DNA of 64,000 nt, taken from contig DATGXG010000041.1 of the NCBI GenBank assembly GCA_035299085.1, positions 55,151 through 119,150 on the forward strand, written 5' to 3'. The notes beneath the pieces were generated by a model. The model had not been told where the DNA came from. It searched no databases and saw only the letters and a program-made list of their open reading frames with translations. Positions 47,919-56,787 of this stretch are shown here, in pieces. Position 1 is the first letter of the stretch. Every line of letters begins with the position of its first letter. Source of the stretch: Bacteroidales bacterium. GTDB taxonomy: Bacteria > Bacteroidota > Bacteroidia > Bacteroidales > UBA10428. The translations under genes were made by a program, and so were the position numbers.

Positions 47919-50276
47919 CTATTCATACCTCAGCGCTTCAACCGGGTTGCGGTTGGCAACACGCCATGTTAATGTACTCACTGTAAAAATGGCCACTGTA
48001 AAGGCAACGGCAGGTCCCGCTATGAATACCCAGAATGGAAATGGCGTGCGGAAATGAAACCGCCCCAGGAAAAAGCTGCCAAGGAAGTATGCGATTGGTG
48101 CTGCAATAACAAAGGATATCACAAGCCATTTCATGTAATTCGAAAGGAGCATCCTCATTACAGAAATCGTTGTTGCCCCATTTGTTTTACGGATGCCTAT
48201 TTCCTTGGTCCTGCTCTCCGATGTAAACGATGCCAGTCCGTATAAACCCATGCACGCCAGCAGCAAGGCAATAATGAAAGCAGCAGTTGTTAAATTAGCA
48301 GGTAAGGCCAGGTTACTGTATGAAGGAAGATTTCTGTAAAGAGTGGCTTCAAAAGGCTGGTCGGGACAATAGGTGCTGAACACTTTCTTTACCTTCCCGC
48401 TCATATCCGCATAATTACCTGAAGAATACCGGATGAGAATAAACGGTTTGCTTTCCCTGTCAATTCTGATAATCACAGGGGCATAAGGGCCTGCCAGGTC
48501 CACTGCATGAAATTTATCGAAAACCCCGATCACTGTTCCTCTCCTTCCGTCGAGCGTAATCGTTGATCCTGCAGGGTTTTTCATTTTCATTACATCAACG
48601 GCAATGTCGTTAATTACATAACAGGTTGAATCGGAAGGATAGGTTGCATCAAAGAACCGGCCTTCGGTCAAATGAACAGTCACCGCTTTGTTATAGTCGT
48701 AATCAGTACTGACACACCAGAAATGAAGCTTTTCCGTATCCTTCTTACCTTCCCAGCTTACTTCATTACTGATGCGAGTACCCCTTGCAGGTAGGCAGTT
48801 GCTAAAACTTACTGCCACTATACCCGGTAGCTTTAGCAGATCGTTTTTAAAGCTCTGGGAATGTTTCTGCAGTGCCTCTGAGTTATTCAGGACAATCAGC
48901 CTGTTTTTATCGACACCTATATCATAATTCCTCATGAAACTATCCTGGACCTTGATGATCATCACACAAACAATGAGTGCAACCGGAATGGTGAACTGAA
49001 AAATGATCATGGCCTGACGAAGGAAGCTGTAGCTCCTGCCGGATATCTTACCGCCTTTCAGCACAGTGAGAGGACTTGAAGAAGCCAGGTAGAGTGCAGG
49101 GAACAATCCGGCCACCAGGCATGTGAAAAGTACAATGGCAAGTAATATTCCCGTCATTTCAAAAGACAGAACCCTGAAATGAATGCCATAACCCAGGATA
49201 CTATTGATAACCGGAAGTACCAGGTAAACCAGGAAAACGGCTGTTAACAGGGCGGCAAAGGCAATGATAAATGTTTCACCCATAAACTGGCCGATTATCG
49301 TTTTCTTCTTTGAACCGATTACCTTTTTAATTCCGGTTTCACGGTATCTTTTAATGTTAAGGGCAACCGCCATATTAATAAAATTGAAACAGGCAATTAA
49401 CAGGATAACAAATCCAACTGCCGCTACAATCACCACCCATTGCATATCACCCCAAACCCGGCCATGGCCTGTATACCGGTAAAGATTTTTATCCTTCAGC
49501 GGAAACAGGAACAATTCCTGGTTCATGCTGGTCTCAAGATTGGTAATAAGATTTTTGATTTTTTCCTGAACCTGCATTTTATTTGTGGTACCATTCAGCA
49601 GTATCCAGGTTTCATTAGATGTTGCACCGGTTTCAAGGGCCTGCGGATTATCAGCAAGATACCGGGTGAAGGGAATAACAAAATCAAACCGAATACTTGA
49701 CTGGGAAGGGACATTAGAAAATACACCATTGATTTTAAAGAGCTGTTCCGTGCCGTTTTCTTTCAGAGTTAAGGTCTTCCCTACACATTCGTTAGTTCCG
49801 AAGAACAACACAGCCATTTTTTCAGATATTGAAATTGAATTAATATCTGCCCGATGGCCCTCGGAAGCAAATTCACCTCTTATAAATGGAAATGTAAAAA
49901 GCCTGAAAAAATTTTCATCCGCATAAATTCCGGAAAGTGTGAAATTCTTATCACCGTTTATAAAAGAACCTGAATGTTCTGACACACGCGAAATATCTTC
50001 GATTTCAGGGGCGTTTTTTCTGAGCATATCAGGAAGTGATGCAGTGAGGTATTGTTTAGGGAACCGGTCACCGTTAAAAAAAGTAACCATGGCTTCAACC
50101 GAATAGAGCCGCTCATAGTTTTCATTGAATTTATTATAGCTTAAAGCATTCCTGACATAAAGAACCGAGACAATGGCACATGTAAATCCGAATGCAAGGC
50201 AAACATAATTCAGTATGCTGTAAGTTTTATTCTGCCATAAATAGCGGAAAGCAATGCCTGTAAAAAAGCGAAACAT
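47919..50276 (-). CDS. ABC transporter permease, MacB/FtsX-type (two FtsX modules)
   Basis: 785 aa. It has N-terminal and C-terminal 4-TM FtsX-like blocks with large periplasmic domains, and KEIGIRKTNGAT is an FtsX hallmark. Confidence 0.8.
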   Translation of the reverse strand: MFRFFTGIAFRYLWQNKTYSILNYVCLAFGFTCAIVSVLYVRNALSYNKFNENYERLYSVEAMVTFFNGDRFPKQYLTASLPDMLRKNAPEIEDISRVSEHSGSFINGDKNFTLSGIYADENFFRLFTFPFIRGEFASEGHRADINSISISEKMAVLFFGTNECVGKTLTLKENGTEQLFKINGVFSNVPSQSSIRFDFVIPFTRYLADNPQALETGATSNETWILLNGTTNKMQVQEKIKNLITNLETSMNQELFLFPLKDKNLYRYTGHGRVWGDMQWVVIVAAVGFVILLIACFNFINMAVALNIKRYRETGIKKVIGSKKKTIIGQFMGETFIIAFAALLTAVFLVYLVLPVINSILGYGIHFRVLSFEMTGILLAIVLFTCLVAGLFPALYLASSSPLTVLKGGKISGRSYSFLRQAMIIFQFTIPVALIVCVMIIKVQDSFMRNYDIGVDKNRLIVLNNSEALQKHSQSFKNDLLKLPGIVAVSFSNCLPARGTRISNEVSWEGKKDTEKLHFWCVSTDYDYNKAVTVHLTEGRFFDATYPSDSTCYVINDIAVDVMKMKNPAGSTITLDGRRGTVIGVFDKFHAVDLAGPYAPVIIRIDRESKPFILIRYSSGNYADMSGKVKKVFSTYCPDQPFEATLYRNLPSYSNLALPANLTTAAFIIALLLACMGLYGLASFTSESRTKEIGIRKTNGATTISVMRMLLSNYMKWLVISFVIAAPIAYFLGSFFLGRFHFRTPFPFWVFIAGPAVAFTVAIFTVSTLTWRVANRNPVEALRYE

Positions 50277-50299
50277 GGTAGTTGAATTAAAGTTATGAT

Positions 50300-50965
50300 T
50301 TATCCGATCACTATTTTCCCGTCTAATAAATTGACAATCCGGTGAGCAAAACCTGAATCACGCTCAGAGTGAGTCACCATAACGATTGTTGTCCCTTCCT
50401 TGTTAAGATCAGACAATATCTTCATAACCTCAAGACCATTTTTTGAATCAAGGTTACCGGTAGGCTCATCCGCTAATACCAGTTTGGGGCCCGCTATAAT
50501 AGCCCTGGCAATAGCAGCACGCTGCTGCTGGCCACCTGAAAGCTGCTGGGGAAAATGATTTTTGCGGTGTCCGATTTTCATTCGTTCAAGAAGTGTGTCA
50601 ACCATGGTTCTTCGCCTGGAAGATGAAATATGCATGTAAACCAATGGAAGTTCTACATTTTCACCTACGGTAAGCTCATCAATCAGGTTAAAACTCTGAA
50701 ATACGAACCCGATATTTCCTCTTCGTGTTTCGGTAGCTATAGATTCGCGCAGGTCCGAAACATCCCGCCCGTTAAAAACATACTTGCCTGATGTAGGTTT
50801 GTCAATTAAACCGAGAATGTTTAAAAGAGTGGATTTACCGCATCCTGAAGGGCCCATGACTGCAACAAATTCTCCGGTCTTAACATCAAAATTTATGTTA
50901 TTCAGCGCAGTGGTTTCTACTTCATCGGTTTTGAATATTCTGTTTAAATTCACTGTTGAAATCAT
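50300..50965 (-). CDS. ABC transporter ATP-binding protein (MacB/LolD-type)
   Basis: Walker [10 protein letters not shown], signature LSGGQQQR, Walker B LVLADEPT. Confidence 0.9.
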   Translation of the reverse strand: MISTVNLNRIFKTDEVETTALNNINFDVKTGEFVAVMGPSGCGKSTLLNILGLIDKPTSGKYVFNGRDVSDLRESIATETRRGNIGFVFQSFNLIDELTVGENVELPLVYMHISSSRRRTMVDTLLERMKIGHRKNHFPQQLSGGQQQRAAIARAIIAGPKLVLADEPTGNLDSKNGLEVMKILSDLNKEGTTIVMVTHSERDSGFAHRIVNLLDGKIVIG

Positions 50966-51131
50966 TGGTATAAAATTTATATGACAGGAAATTCAAACAA
51001 AATGCCACTCATTTATATTATTGATTCACTGCATATTAAAAAACATTGATGCCTTATTTTGTAAAAAAATTAGCTTATTTTGTAAAATTATTGGACAGTT
51101 TTAAGCCGGTTTGGGTGAAGTTTGTAAATTT

Positions 51132-51177
51132 GATACTGGATACTGGATACCGGATACTGGATACTGGATACTGGATG
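51132..51177. repeat. Heptanucleotide tandem repeat GATACTG, ~6.5 copies (one GATACCG variant)
   Basis: Copies begin at 51132, 51139, 51146, 51153, 51160 and 51167, with a partial copy at 51174. Confidence 0.9.
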
Positions 51178-51186
51178 CCTTCCGTC

Positions 51187-51229
51187 TCTAAGGTCCCTAT
51201 CGTCCCTAAGGTCCCTGAATGAAGACCCT
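51187..51229. repeat. G(T/A)CCCT hexamer array, including CTAAGGTCCCT x2
   Basis: GTCCCT at 51193, 51202 and 51211 (9-bp spacing). GACCCT at 51224. CTAAGGTCCCT at 51188-51198 and 51206-51216. Confidence 0.8.
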
Positions 51230-51259
51230 AATAACCCAATAACTTAACAGCCTAATTTC

Positions 51260-52618
51260 ATGACCCCCGGCAAAATCCTTGTTGCTGACGATAATAAAAA
51301 TGCACTGAGTGCATTGAAAATGTTGCTTCAGATAGAATTTGAAACGGTTGAAACCATTTCAAATCCTAACCTGATCCGATCTTATCTTGAAAAAACGGAT
51401 TTCGACATTGTACTACTCGACATGAATTTTTCAGCCGGTGTGAATACAGGCAATGAAGGTTTGTTCTGGCTGAATGAAATCAAAAAATTAAATTCATCCA
51501 TTGAGGTGGTTATGATCACAGCCTATGGAGATGTGGAACTGGCTGTAAAAGCACTGAAGAACGGGGCTGCTGATTTTGTTCTGAAACCATGGGAAAATGA
51601 AAAACTGCTGGCCACCCTTAAATCTGCTTATAAACTGCGTCGTTCAGGCTTGCAGGTTGAGGAGCTAAAGACAAGGGAGGTCAGACTCAAAAAAGAGTTA
51701 AGTCACGAATGGCGACAAATCCTGGGATCCTCCCCTGCCATGCTGAACATGTTGCAGACCATTTCAAAGGTGTCACGCACCGACGCTAATGTATTGATAA
51801 CCGGCGAAAACGGAACCGGCAAAGAACTTGTGGCTCATGAGATCCATCGTCGGTCTGACCGGTGTGATGAACTGCTGGTGACTGTAGATATGGGCGCCAT
51901 TCCTGAAACTCTTTTTGAAAGCGAGCTTTTCGGCCATAAAAAAGGCGCTTTTACAGATGCCCGGGAAGACCGTATGGGAAAATTCCAGGTTGCCCACCGC
52001 GGGACTCTTTTCCTTGATGAAATCGGTAACCTGCCCCTTCAAATGCAGTCCAAATTGCTCACGGCGCTTCAAAGCCGTACCATTATTCCCATTGGTTCAA
52101 ATCGTCCTGTTCCCGTTGATATCCGGCTTATTTGTGCAACCAACTGTAACCCGGATGAGCTGGTTTCCCAGCAGAAATTTCGTGAGGATCTGCTTTACCG
52201 TATCAATACAATATGCATTGAAGTGCCTCCCTTGCGTGAACGCGGAAACGACATTGTGCTCCTTTCTGCATTCTTCCTTGAAAGCTTTCAGAAGAAATAC
52301 AGGAAAGCTCCGTTGCACCTTAGCCAGGGTGCTGTCCAGAAACTTCGGGAATATAAATGGCCTGGCAATGTAAGAGAATTACAACATACCATTGAAAAGG
52401 CAGTGATATTAAGCGATTCGGATGTTCTTGATGCGGATGACTTTGTATTTAAAACCACTGCCGGGAGTTCAGCCGGAGCTTCAACATTTGAAGAAATGGA
52501 AAAGCATATGATCCTTTCAGCACTCAAAAAGAATGGTGGCAAACATAGTTCGGTGGCGGAACAGCTGGGCATTTCGAGGCAGACTCTTTATAATAAGATT
52601 AAAAGGTATGGTTTATAA
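51260..52618 (+). CDS. Sigma-54-dependent response regulator (NtrC/Fis family: REC, AAA+, HTH)
   Basis: ILVADDN...DIVLLDMNF (the acceptor Asp is present). Walker A GENGTGKE. GAFTDA (a GAFTGA variant). C-terminal Fis-type HTH AEQLGISRQTLYNKIKRYGL. Confidence 0.9.
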   Translation: MTPGKILVADDNKNALSALKMLLQIEFETVETISNPNLIRSYLEKTDFDIVLLDMNFSAGVNTGNEGLFWLNEIKKLNSSIEVVMITAYGDVELAVKALKNGAADFVLKPWENEKLLATLKSAYKLRRSGLQVEELKTREVRLKKELSHEWRQILGSSPAMLNMLQTISKVSRTDANVLITGENGTGKELVAHEIHRRSDRCDELLVTVDMGAIPETLFESELFGHKKGAFTDAREDRMGKFQVAHRGTLFLDEIGNLPLQMQSKLLTALQSRTIIPIGSNRPVPVDIRLICATNCNPDELVSQQKFREDLLYRINTICIEVPPLRERGNDIVLLSAFFLESFQKKYRKAPLHLSQGAVQKLREYKWPGNVRELQHTIEKAVILSDSDVLDADDFVFKTTAGSSAGASTFEEMEKHMILSALKKNGGKHSSVAEQLGISRQTLYNKIKRYGL

Positions 52619-53957
52619 ATCCTTTAATGGCAAAGTAATAGTGCAGCTTCTGCTTTTTTTTGCTGCAAGCGCCGGGATGACCTTTGCATTTTTAAACCAA
52701 CACTGGCTTCTGTTTATACCGCTTGCCCTGCTTTCAGTTGTGCTTTTCTTCAACCTTCTGTATTTGCTTAACAGTACGAACCGGAAGATTACCTACTTTT
52801 TTGATTCCGTCATCAATGAAGATACTTCACTCCATTATCCTGAGAATGTGGGTCCGCGGTCGCTTAACACGCTTCACAACAGCCTGAACAGGCTGAACAA
52901 TCATATCGCCGGCATCAAGATTAAAAACGAGCATAATGAAAAGTTCTTCCTTGAATTGCTGAGGACATCGGCAACAGGACTTATGGCTGTGAATGAAAAA
53001 GGATACATTGAACATATTAATGATGCGGCGCTTGAATTTTTAAATTTGCAGCAGATAAGCCATATGGATCTTCTCAGGCAAAAGAACACGGATTTGTATG
53101 ACCGCATGGAGATGCTGAAGCCGGGTCAGAGCCAAACCATAAAGGTTTTACAAAACAATGAACTGAGGCTCTTTTCATTAAAAACATCCATGCTCAGTTT
53201 TGGCGATGAGAAATATAAACTGTATTCGATTTCGGATATTAAAACCGAACTTGAGGAAAATGAACTCGATTCATGGCAGAAACTGATCAGGGTAATGACT
53301 CATGAGATTATGAATTCTGTTGCGCCCATCACATCCCTTAGCAACACATTGTCAAGGATTTTTATCCGTGACAACAATCCGTTGCCCCCGGAAGAGGTGA
53401 CAAGAAAGCATGTCGACAATATTATTGACGGATTAGGTGTAATTGAGAATACAGGAAAAGGACTTATGCGGTTTGTGGAAGATTACAGGCAGCTTACCCG
53501 GGTTCCGGAACCCCGCTTCCAGACCATTCAAATCCTTCCCTGGATTATGTCTCTGCAACTACTGATGAATGAAAAATTATCCACTCAGAATGTTTTATTT
53601 GAAATAATTAATGAAGGCGCACCACCAGAACTAACCGGCGATGAAAAGCTACTGAACCAGGTGATGATTAACCTGCTGAATAATGCCATTGAAGCCCTGG
53701 ATAATGTTCAGCATAAAAAAATCATCCTTGGCATTTCTGGCAATAATTCGGGACGGTTGAAACTCACCATATCTGATAATGGCAGGGGCATTCCGCCTGA
53801 GGAAACCGAAAAAATATTTATTCCGTTCTATACCACCCGTGAAGAGGGCTCAGGCATAGGACTCAGCATTTGCCGTAAAATCATGCGCCTGCATAAAGGA
53901 AGTATTTCAGTGCATTCGGTGCCCGGCATTAAAACCACATTTACACTTAACTTTTAA
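52608..53957 (+). CDS. Sensor histidine kinase, partner of the sigma-54 regulator
   Basis: Two N-terminal transmembrane helices. H-box MTHEIMNSVAPI, N-box LLNNAIEA, and G-boxes DNGRGI and GSGIGLS. The ATG at 52608 overlaps the regulator's stop by 11 nt. The track's start at 52533 lies inside the upstream gene. Confidence 0.85.
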   Translation: MVYKSFNGKVIVQLLLFFAASAGMTFAFLNQHWLLFIPLALLSVVLFFNLLYLLNSTNRKITYFFDSVINEDTSLHYPENVGPRSLNTLHNSLNRLNNHIAGIKIKNEHNEKFFLELLRTSATGLMAVNEKGYIEHINDAALEFLNLQQISHMDLLRQKNTDLYDRMEMLKPGQSQTIKVLQNNELRLFSLKTSMLSFGDEKYKLYSISDIKTELEENELDSWQKLIRVMTHEIMNSVAPITSLSNTLSRIFIRDNNPLPPEEVTRKHVDNIIDGLGVIENTGKGLMRFVEDYRQLTRVPEPRFQTIQILPWIMSLQLLMNEKLSTQNVLFEIINEGAPPELTGDEKLLNQVMINLLNNAIEALDNVQHKKIILGISGNNSGRLKLTISDNGRGIPPEETEKIFIPFYTTREEGSGIGLSICRKIMRLHKGSISVHSVPGIKTTFTLNF

Positions 53958-53968
53958 TACTCCAACGA

Positions 53969-55324
53969 ATGAAAAAAATTACCTTTCCGCTTTGTTTATG
54001 CTGCCTGGTCTTACTGTCAGCTGATAACTTTAAACAAGGGGAATTTAAAAAATGGGCACTTACTCCTCCGATGGGCTGGAACAGCTGGGATTGTTACGGC
54101 CCCACGGTAAAAGAGCAGGAGGTAAAAGCCAATGCCGATTATATGGCTGAATATCTGAAGAAATCGGGTTGGGAATACATTGTGGTTGATATCCGCTGGT
54201 ATGTTGAAAACGACAAAGCCGGAGGCTATAACCAAACCGATCCGAGGTACACAATGGATGAATTCGGAAGATATCAGCCGGCAGTAAACAGGTTTCCTTC
54301 GGCTGCAGGCGGAAAAGGATTTACAGAACTGGCAGATTACGTGCACAAAAAAGGACTGAAATTCGGAATCCACCTGATGCGGGGCATTCCAAAGGTTGCC
54401 GTTGAAAGAAGATTACCCGTAAAGGGAACTCAGGGGATTACAGCTGATCAGATCAGCTCGGCCGAATTGCTTTGTCCCTGGCTGAGTGACAATCTAACAG
54501 TTGATGCCACAAAACCCGGCGCACAGGAGTATTACAACTCGCTTTTCGATATGTACGCGGATTGGGGTGTTGATTTTATTAAGATTGATGACCTGTCAAG
54601 ACCTTATCATAAAGGTGAAATAGAACTCATACGCAATGCCATTGACCAATGCGGCCGGCCTGTTGTGCTGAGCACTTCACCCGGTGAAACGCCAATCGAA
54701 TTTGCAGATCATGTGAGAAATCACGCCAATATGTGGCGGATGGTGGATGATGTGTGGGATACGTGGCCTCACTTTGTGCATTTGATTGATATATGTCAGA
54801 AGTGGTACCCTTATATAGCCCCGGGAACCTGGCCCGATTGTGATATGATTCCTCTGGGTCGTATATCCATCCGTGGCGAAAGAGGCAATGACCGTATGAC
54901 TCGACTGACAAGGGATGAACAGTTTTCGTTAATGACCCTGTTCACCATTTTTAAGTCGCCGCTATTTTTTGGTGGCGACTTACCCAGTAACGATGCATTT
55001 ACCCTGTCATTGCTCACCAATGAGGAAGTATTGAAAATGCACCGGGAAAGCTCAGGGGTAAGGCAACTCTTCAAAAAAGACGGCCATGTGGCTATCACAT
55101 CAGAAAATACCAACACAGGTGAAAAATACCTGGCTGTTTTTAACCTGAATGACGATGCTACAGCAGCTGAAATCAGGATCAACCTGTCACAATTAGGAAT
55201 AAAGGGAGAATGTAAAGTAACTGATTTATGGAAAGGAACAACGGTAGTTGGTTATCAGGACACTTTACCGGTTATCTTAAGGCCGCATGAGAGCAGGTTA
55301 TTTAAGATCAGGGGCAAAAATTGA
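53969..55324 (+). CDS. GH27 alpha-galactosidase
   Basis: PPMGWNSWDCYG and YIVVDIRWY...FIKIDD are GH27-type motifs. A signal peptide is present. Confidence 0.8.
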   Translation: MKKITFPLCLCCLVLLSADNFKQGEFKKWALTPPMGWNSWDCYGPTVKEQEVKANADYMAEYLKKSGWEYIVVDIRWYVENDKAGGYNQTDPRYTMDEFGRYQPAVNRFPSAAGGKGFTELADYVHKKGLKFGIHLMRGIPKVAVERRLPVKGTQGITADQISSAELLCPWLSDNLTVDATKPGAQEYYNSLFDMYADWGVDFIKIDDLSRPYHKGEIELIRNAIDQCGRPVVLSTSPGETPIEFADHVRNHANMWRMVDDVWDTWPHFVHLIDICQKWYPYIAPGTWPDCDMIPLGRISIRGERGNDRMTRLTRDEQFSLMTLFTIFKSPLFFGGDLPSNDAFTLSLLTNEEVLKMHRESSGVRQLFKKDGHVAITSENTNTGEKYLAVFNLNDDATAAEIRINLSQLGIKGECKVTDLWKGTTVVGYQDTLPVILRPHESRLFKIRGKN

Positions 55325-55326
55325 AC

Positions 55327-55504
55327 GTCATTGCGATGACCGGTTCCTACGGTCAGAAGCAATCTGCCTGCACATGAACACCTCAGCCAGGAGGGACAAT
55401 TAATAAATGTCTTTCATGGCAATGTTCTGCCTGTGCTAACAGATTGCTTCGTCGCATTTACATTGTCAAAAGCATAAAAAATTTTCTAGCTCCTCGCAAT
55501 GACG
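55327..55504. repeat. MITE-like element with terminal inverted repeats CGTCATTGCGA(T/G)GA. The left arm equals the 44208-44259 repeat, and the right arm is a diverged inverted copy.
   Basis: The left arm 55327-55375 matches the 44-kb copy. The right arm contains ...CAGATTGCTTCGTCGC... and ends ...CTCCTCGCAATGACG (55490-55504). That end is the reverse complement of the left terminus with 2-3 mismatches. Confidence 0.65.
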
Positions 55505-55507
55505 ATA

Positions 55508-55612
55508 CTAGTCAACCTTATTAAACTTCTTCAATGCAAACCGTATTACAAACCACGAAATGAGAATGATACCCGGCCAGCTGAGAAACCATAGTATTTG
55601 TGATATATACAT
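55508..55612 (-). CDS. Unannotated 34-aa single-TM ORF downstream of cydB (candidate CydX/CydS-like small subunit)
   Basis: My own translation is MYISQILWFLSWPGIILISWFVIRFALKKFNKVD*. The ATG lies 20 nt after the cydB stop and is preceded by AAGGAA. The ORF is below the 60-aa cutoff of the supplied track. Confidence 0.4.
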   Translation of the reverse strand: MYISQILWFLSWPGIILISWFVIRFALKKFNKVD

Positions 55613-55632
55613 TTCCTTAATTTTTAGCTTGT

Positions 55633-56787
55633 TTAATAAACATGATGTTCGGATTCAATTTCGACTGAATCCATCTTATTATTGTTAATCGCCCTCCAGG
55701 TATAAAAGATATACGCAATGACAACCGGCACAAACAGACTTACATAGCTCATGGTAAGAAGTGTGTAATGGCTGGATGAACCGTTTTCGATGGTTATGCT
55801 GCTTTGCAGATCAGCGAGTGAGGGATATATGGCTGTATGGTTAAAGCCAAGCAGAAGGAACATAGCAAAAACAGTTACAATAGTCCCGGTGCCTGCATAC
55901 CATATGCCCTTATCGGTTTCTTTCAGCAGTGTAACAGCTATTCCGCCAAGCACCAGTAATACCCCGGCTACAAAAAGCACAGCTACAAGAGGCATCTGGA
56001 TCAGATTGTGGAAATACTTAAATTTTTCAATAAAGGCCATTTTGGTCTGAGGATCATAAGCGGTTCCCTGTGAAAGCATAATGCTGATCACGAAGGCCAG
56101 AAAGAAGACAACAAAAGGAATGGCATTAACCAGGAGGTTTTTCTTAATCCTGCTGTTGATCTCAGTGTTATCAACGGCATTGGCAATGTATAGAACGCCC
56201 AGAACCCTGGCAAGGAAAAACACGGCAAGGCCAAGTGCTACGTTCCTCAGATCCAGTACAGCCTCAAGCCCGTGTGCGGCATTGGTCCACCTGGATATGG
56301 TAAAATTCTGATCGGCTGCAATATTATCAAACCGGATGATGAAGTTCCCGCCGGTAAAAAGCGTTGCCACTGCTGTGCCCAGCAAAACAGTTGCCCCGAT
56401 TCCATTGATAAGGAGAAAAGTTTCAAATGTTTTCGGCCCGTAAACATTGCCTGCCTTATTCCTGCTTTCATAAGCGAAAGCCTGAAGTACAAAGCATAAC
56501 AGAATGGCCATCCAAACCCAGTAGGCCCCTCCGAAACTGGTCGAATAAAAAAGAGGAAATGATGCAAAAAATCCAGCTCCGAATACGACAAGCACAGTGA
56601 AAGTAAATTCCCACTTTCTGCCGATTGCATTAATGATAAGAGTGTGTTCCTTTTCTGTTTTACCGAGGGTGTAAATCAGTGTTTGTCCTCCCTGTACAAA
56701 CAGGAGAAAAACAAGTATACCAGCCAGCAGTGATAAAATAATCCACCAGTATTGCTGCAGTGCGAGTTGTGATATCATTAAAATCAT
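55633..56787 (-). CDS. cydB: Cytochrome bd ubiquinol oxidase subunit II
   Basis: LQQYWWIILSLLAGILVFLLFVQGGQTL is a typical CydB N-terminus. The ATG at 56787 overlaps the cydA stop as ATGA. The track's 67-aa N-terminal extension lies inside cydA. Confidence 0.9.
   Translation of the reverse strand: MILMISQLALQQYWWIILSLLAGILVFLLFVQGGQTLIYTLGKTEKEHTLIINAIGRKWEFTFTVLVVFGAGFFASFPLFYSTSFGGAYWVWMAILLCFVLQAFAYESRNKAGNVYGPKTFETFLLINGIGATVLLGTAVATLFTGGNFIIRFDNIAADQNFTISRWTNAAHGLEAVLDLRNVALGLAVFFLARVLGVLYIANAVDNTEINSRIKKNLLVNAIPFVVFFLAFVISIMLSQGTAYDPQTKMAFIEKFKYFHNLIQMPLVAVLFVAGVLLVLGGIAVTLLKETDKGIWYAGTGTIVTVFAMFLLLGFNHTAIYPSLADLQSSITIENGSSSHYTLLTMSYVSLFVPVVIAYIFYTWRAINNNKMDSVEIESEHHVY

Noticed and set aside
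50991-51010. Sigma-54 promoter upstream of the ABC exporter (minus strand: TGGCATTTTGTTTGAA)
   Set aside because: The spacing fits TGGCAC-N5-TTGC and the location is attractive: ~30 nt before the ATG and next to a sigma-54 activator gene. However, the highly conserved -12 GC is GA here and the -24 element ends in T. That is too weak to call without transcription start data.
52533-52607. Track start at 52533 for the histidine kinase
   Set aside because: The first 25 codons lie inside the 3' end of the response-regulator gene in another frame. The ATG at 52608 gives a normal N-terminus just ahead of the first transmembrane helix.
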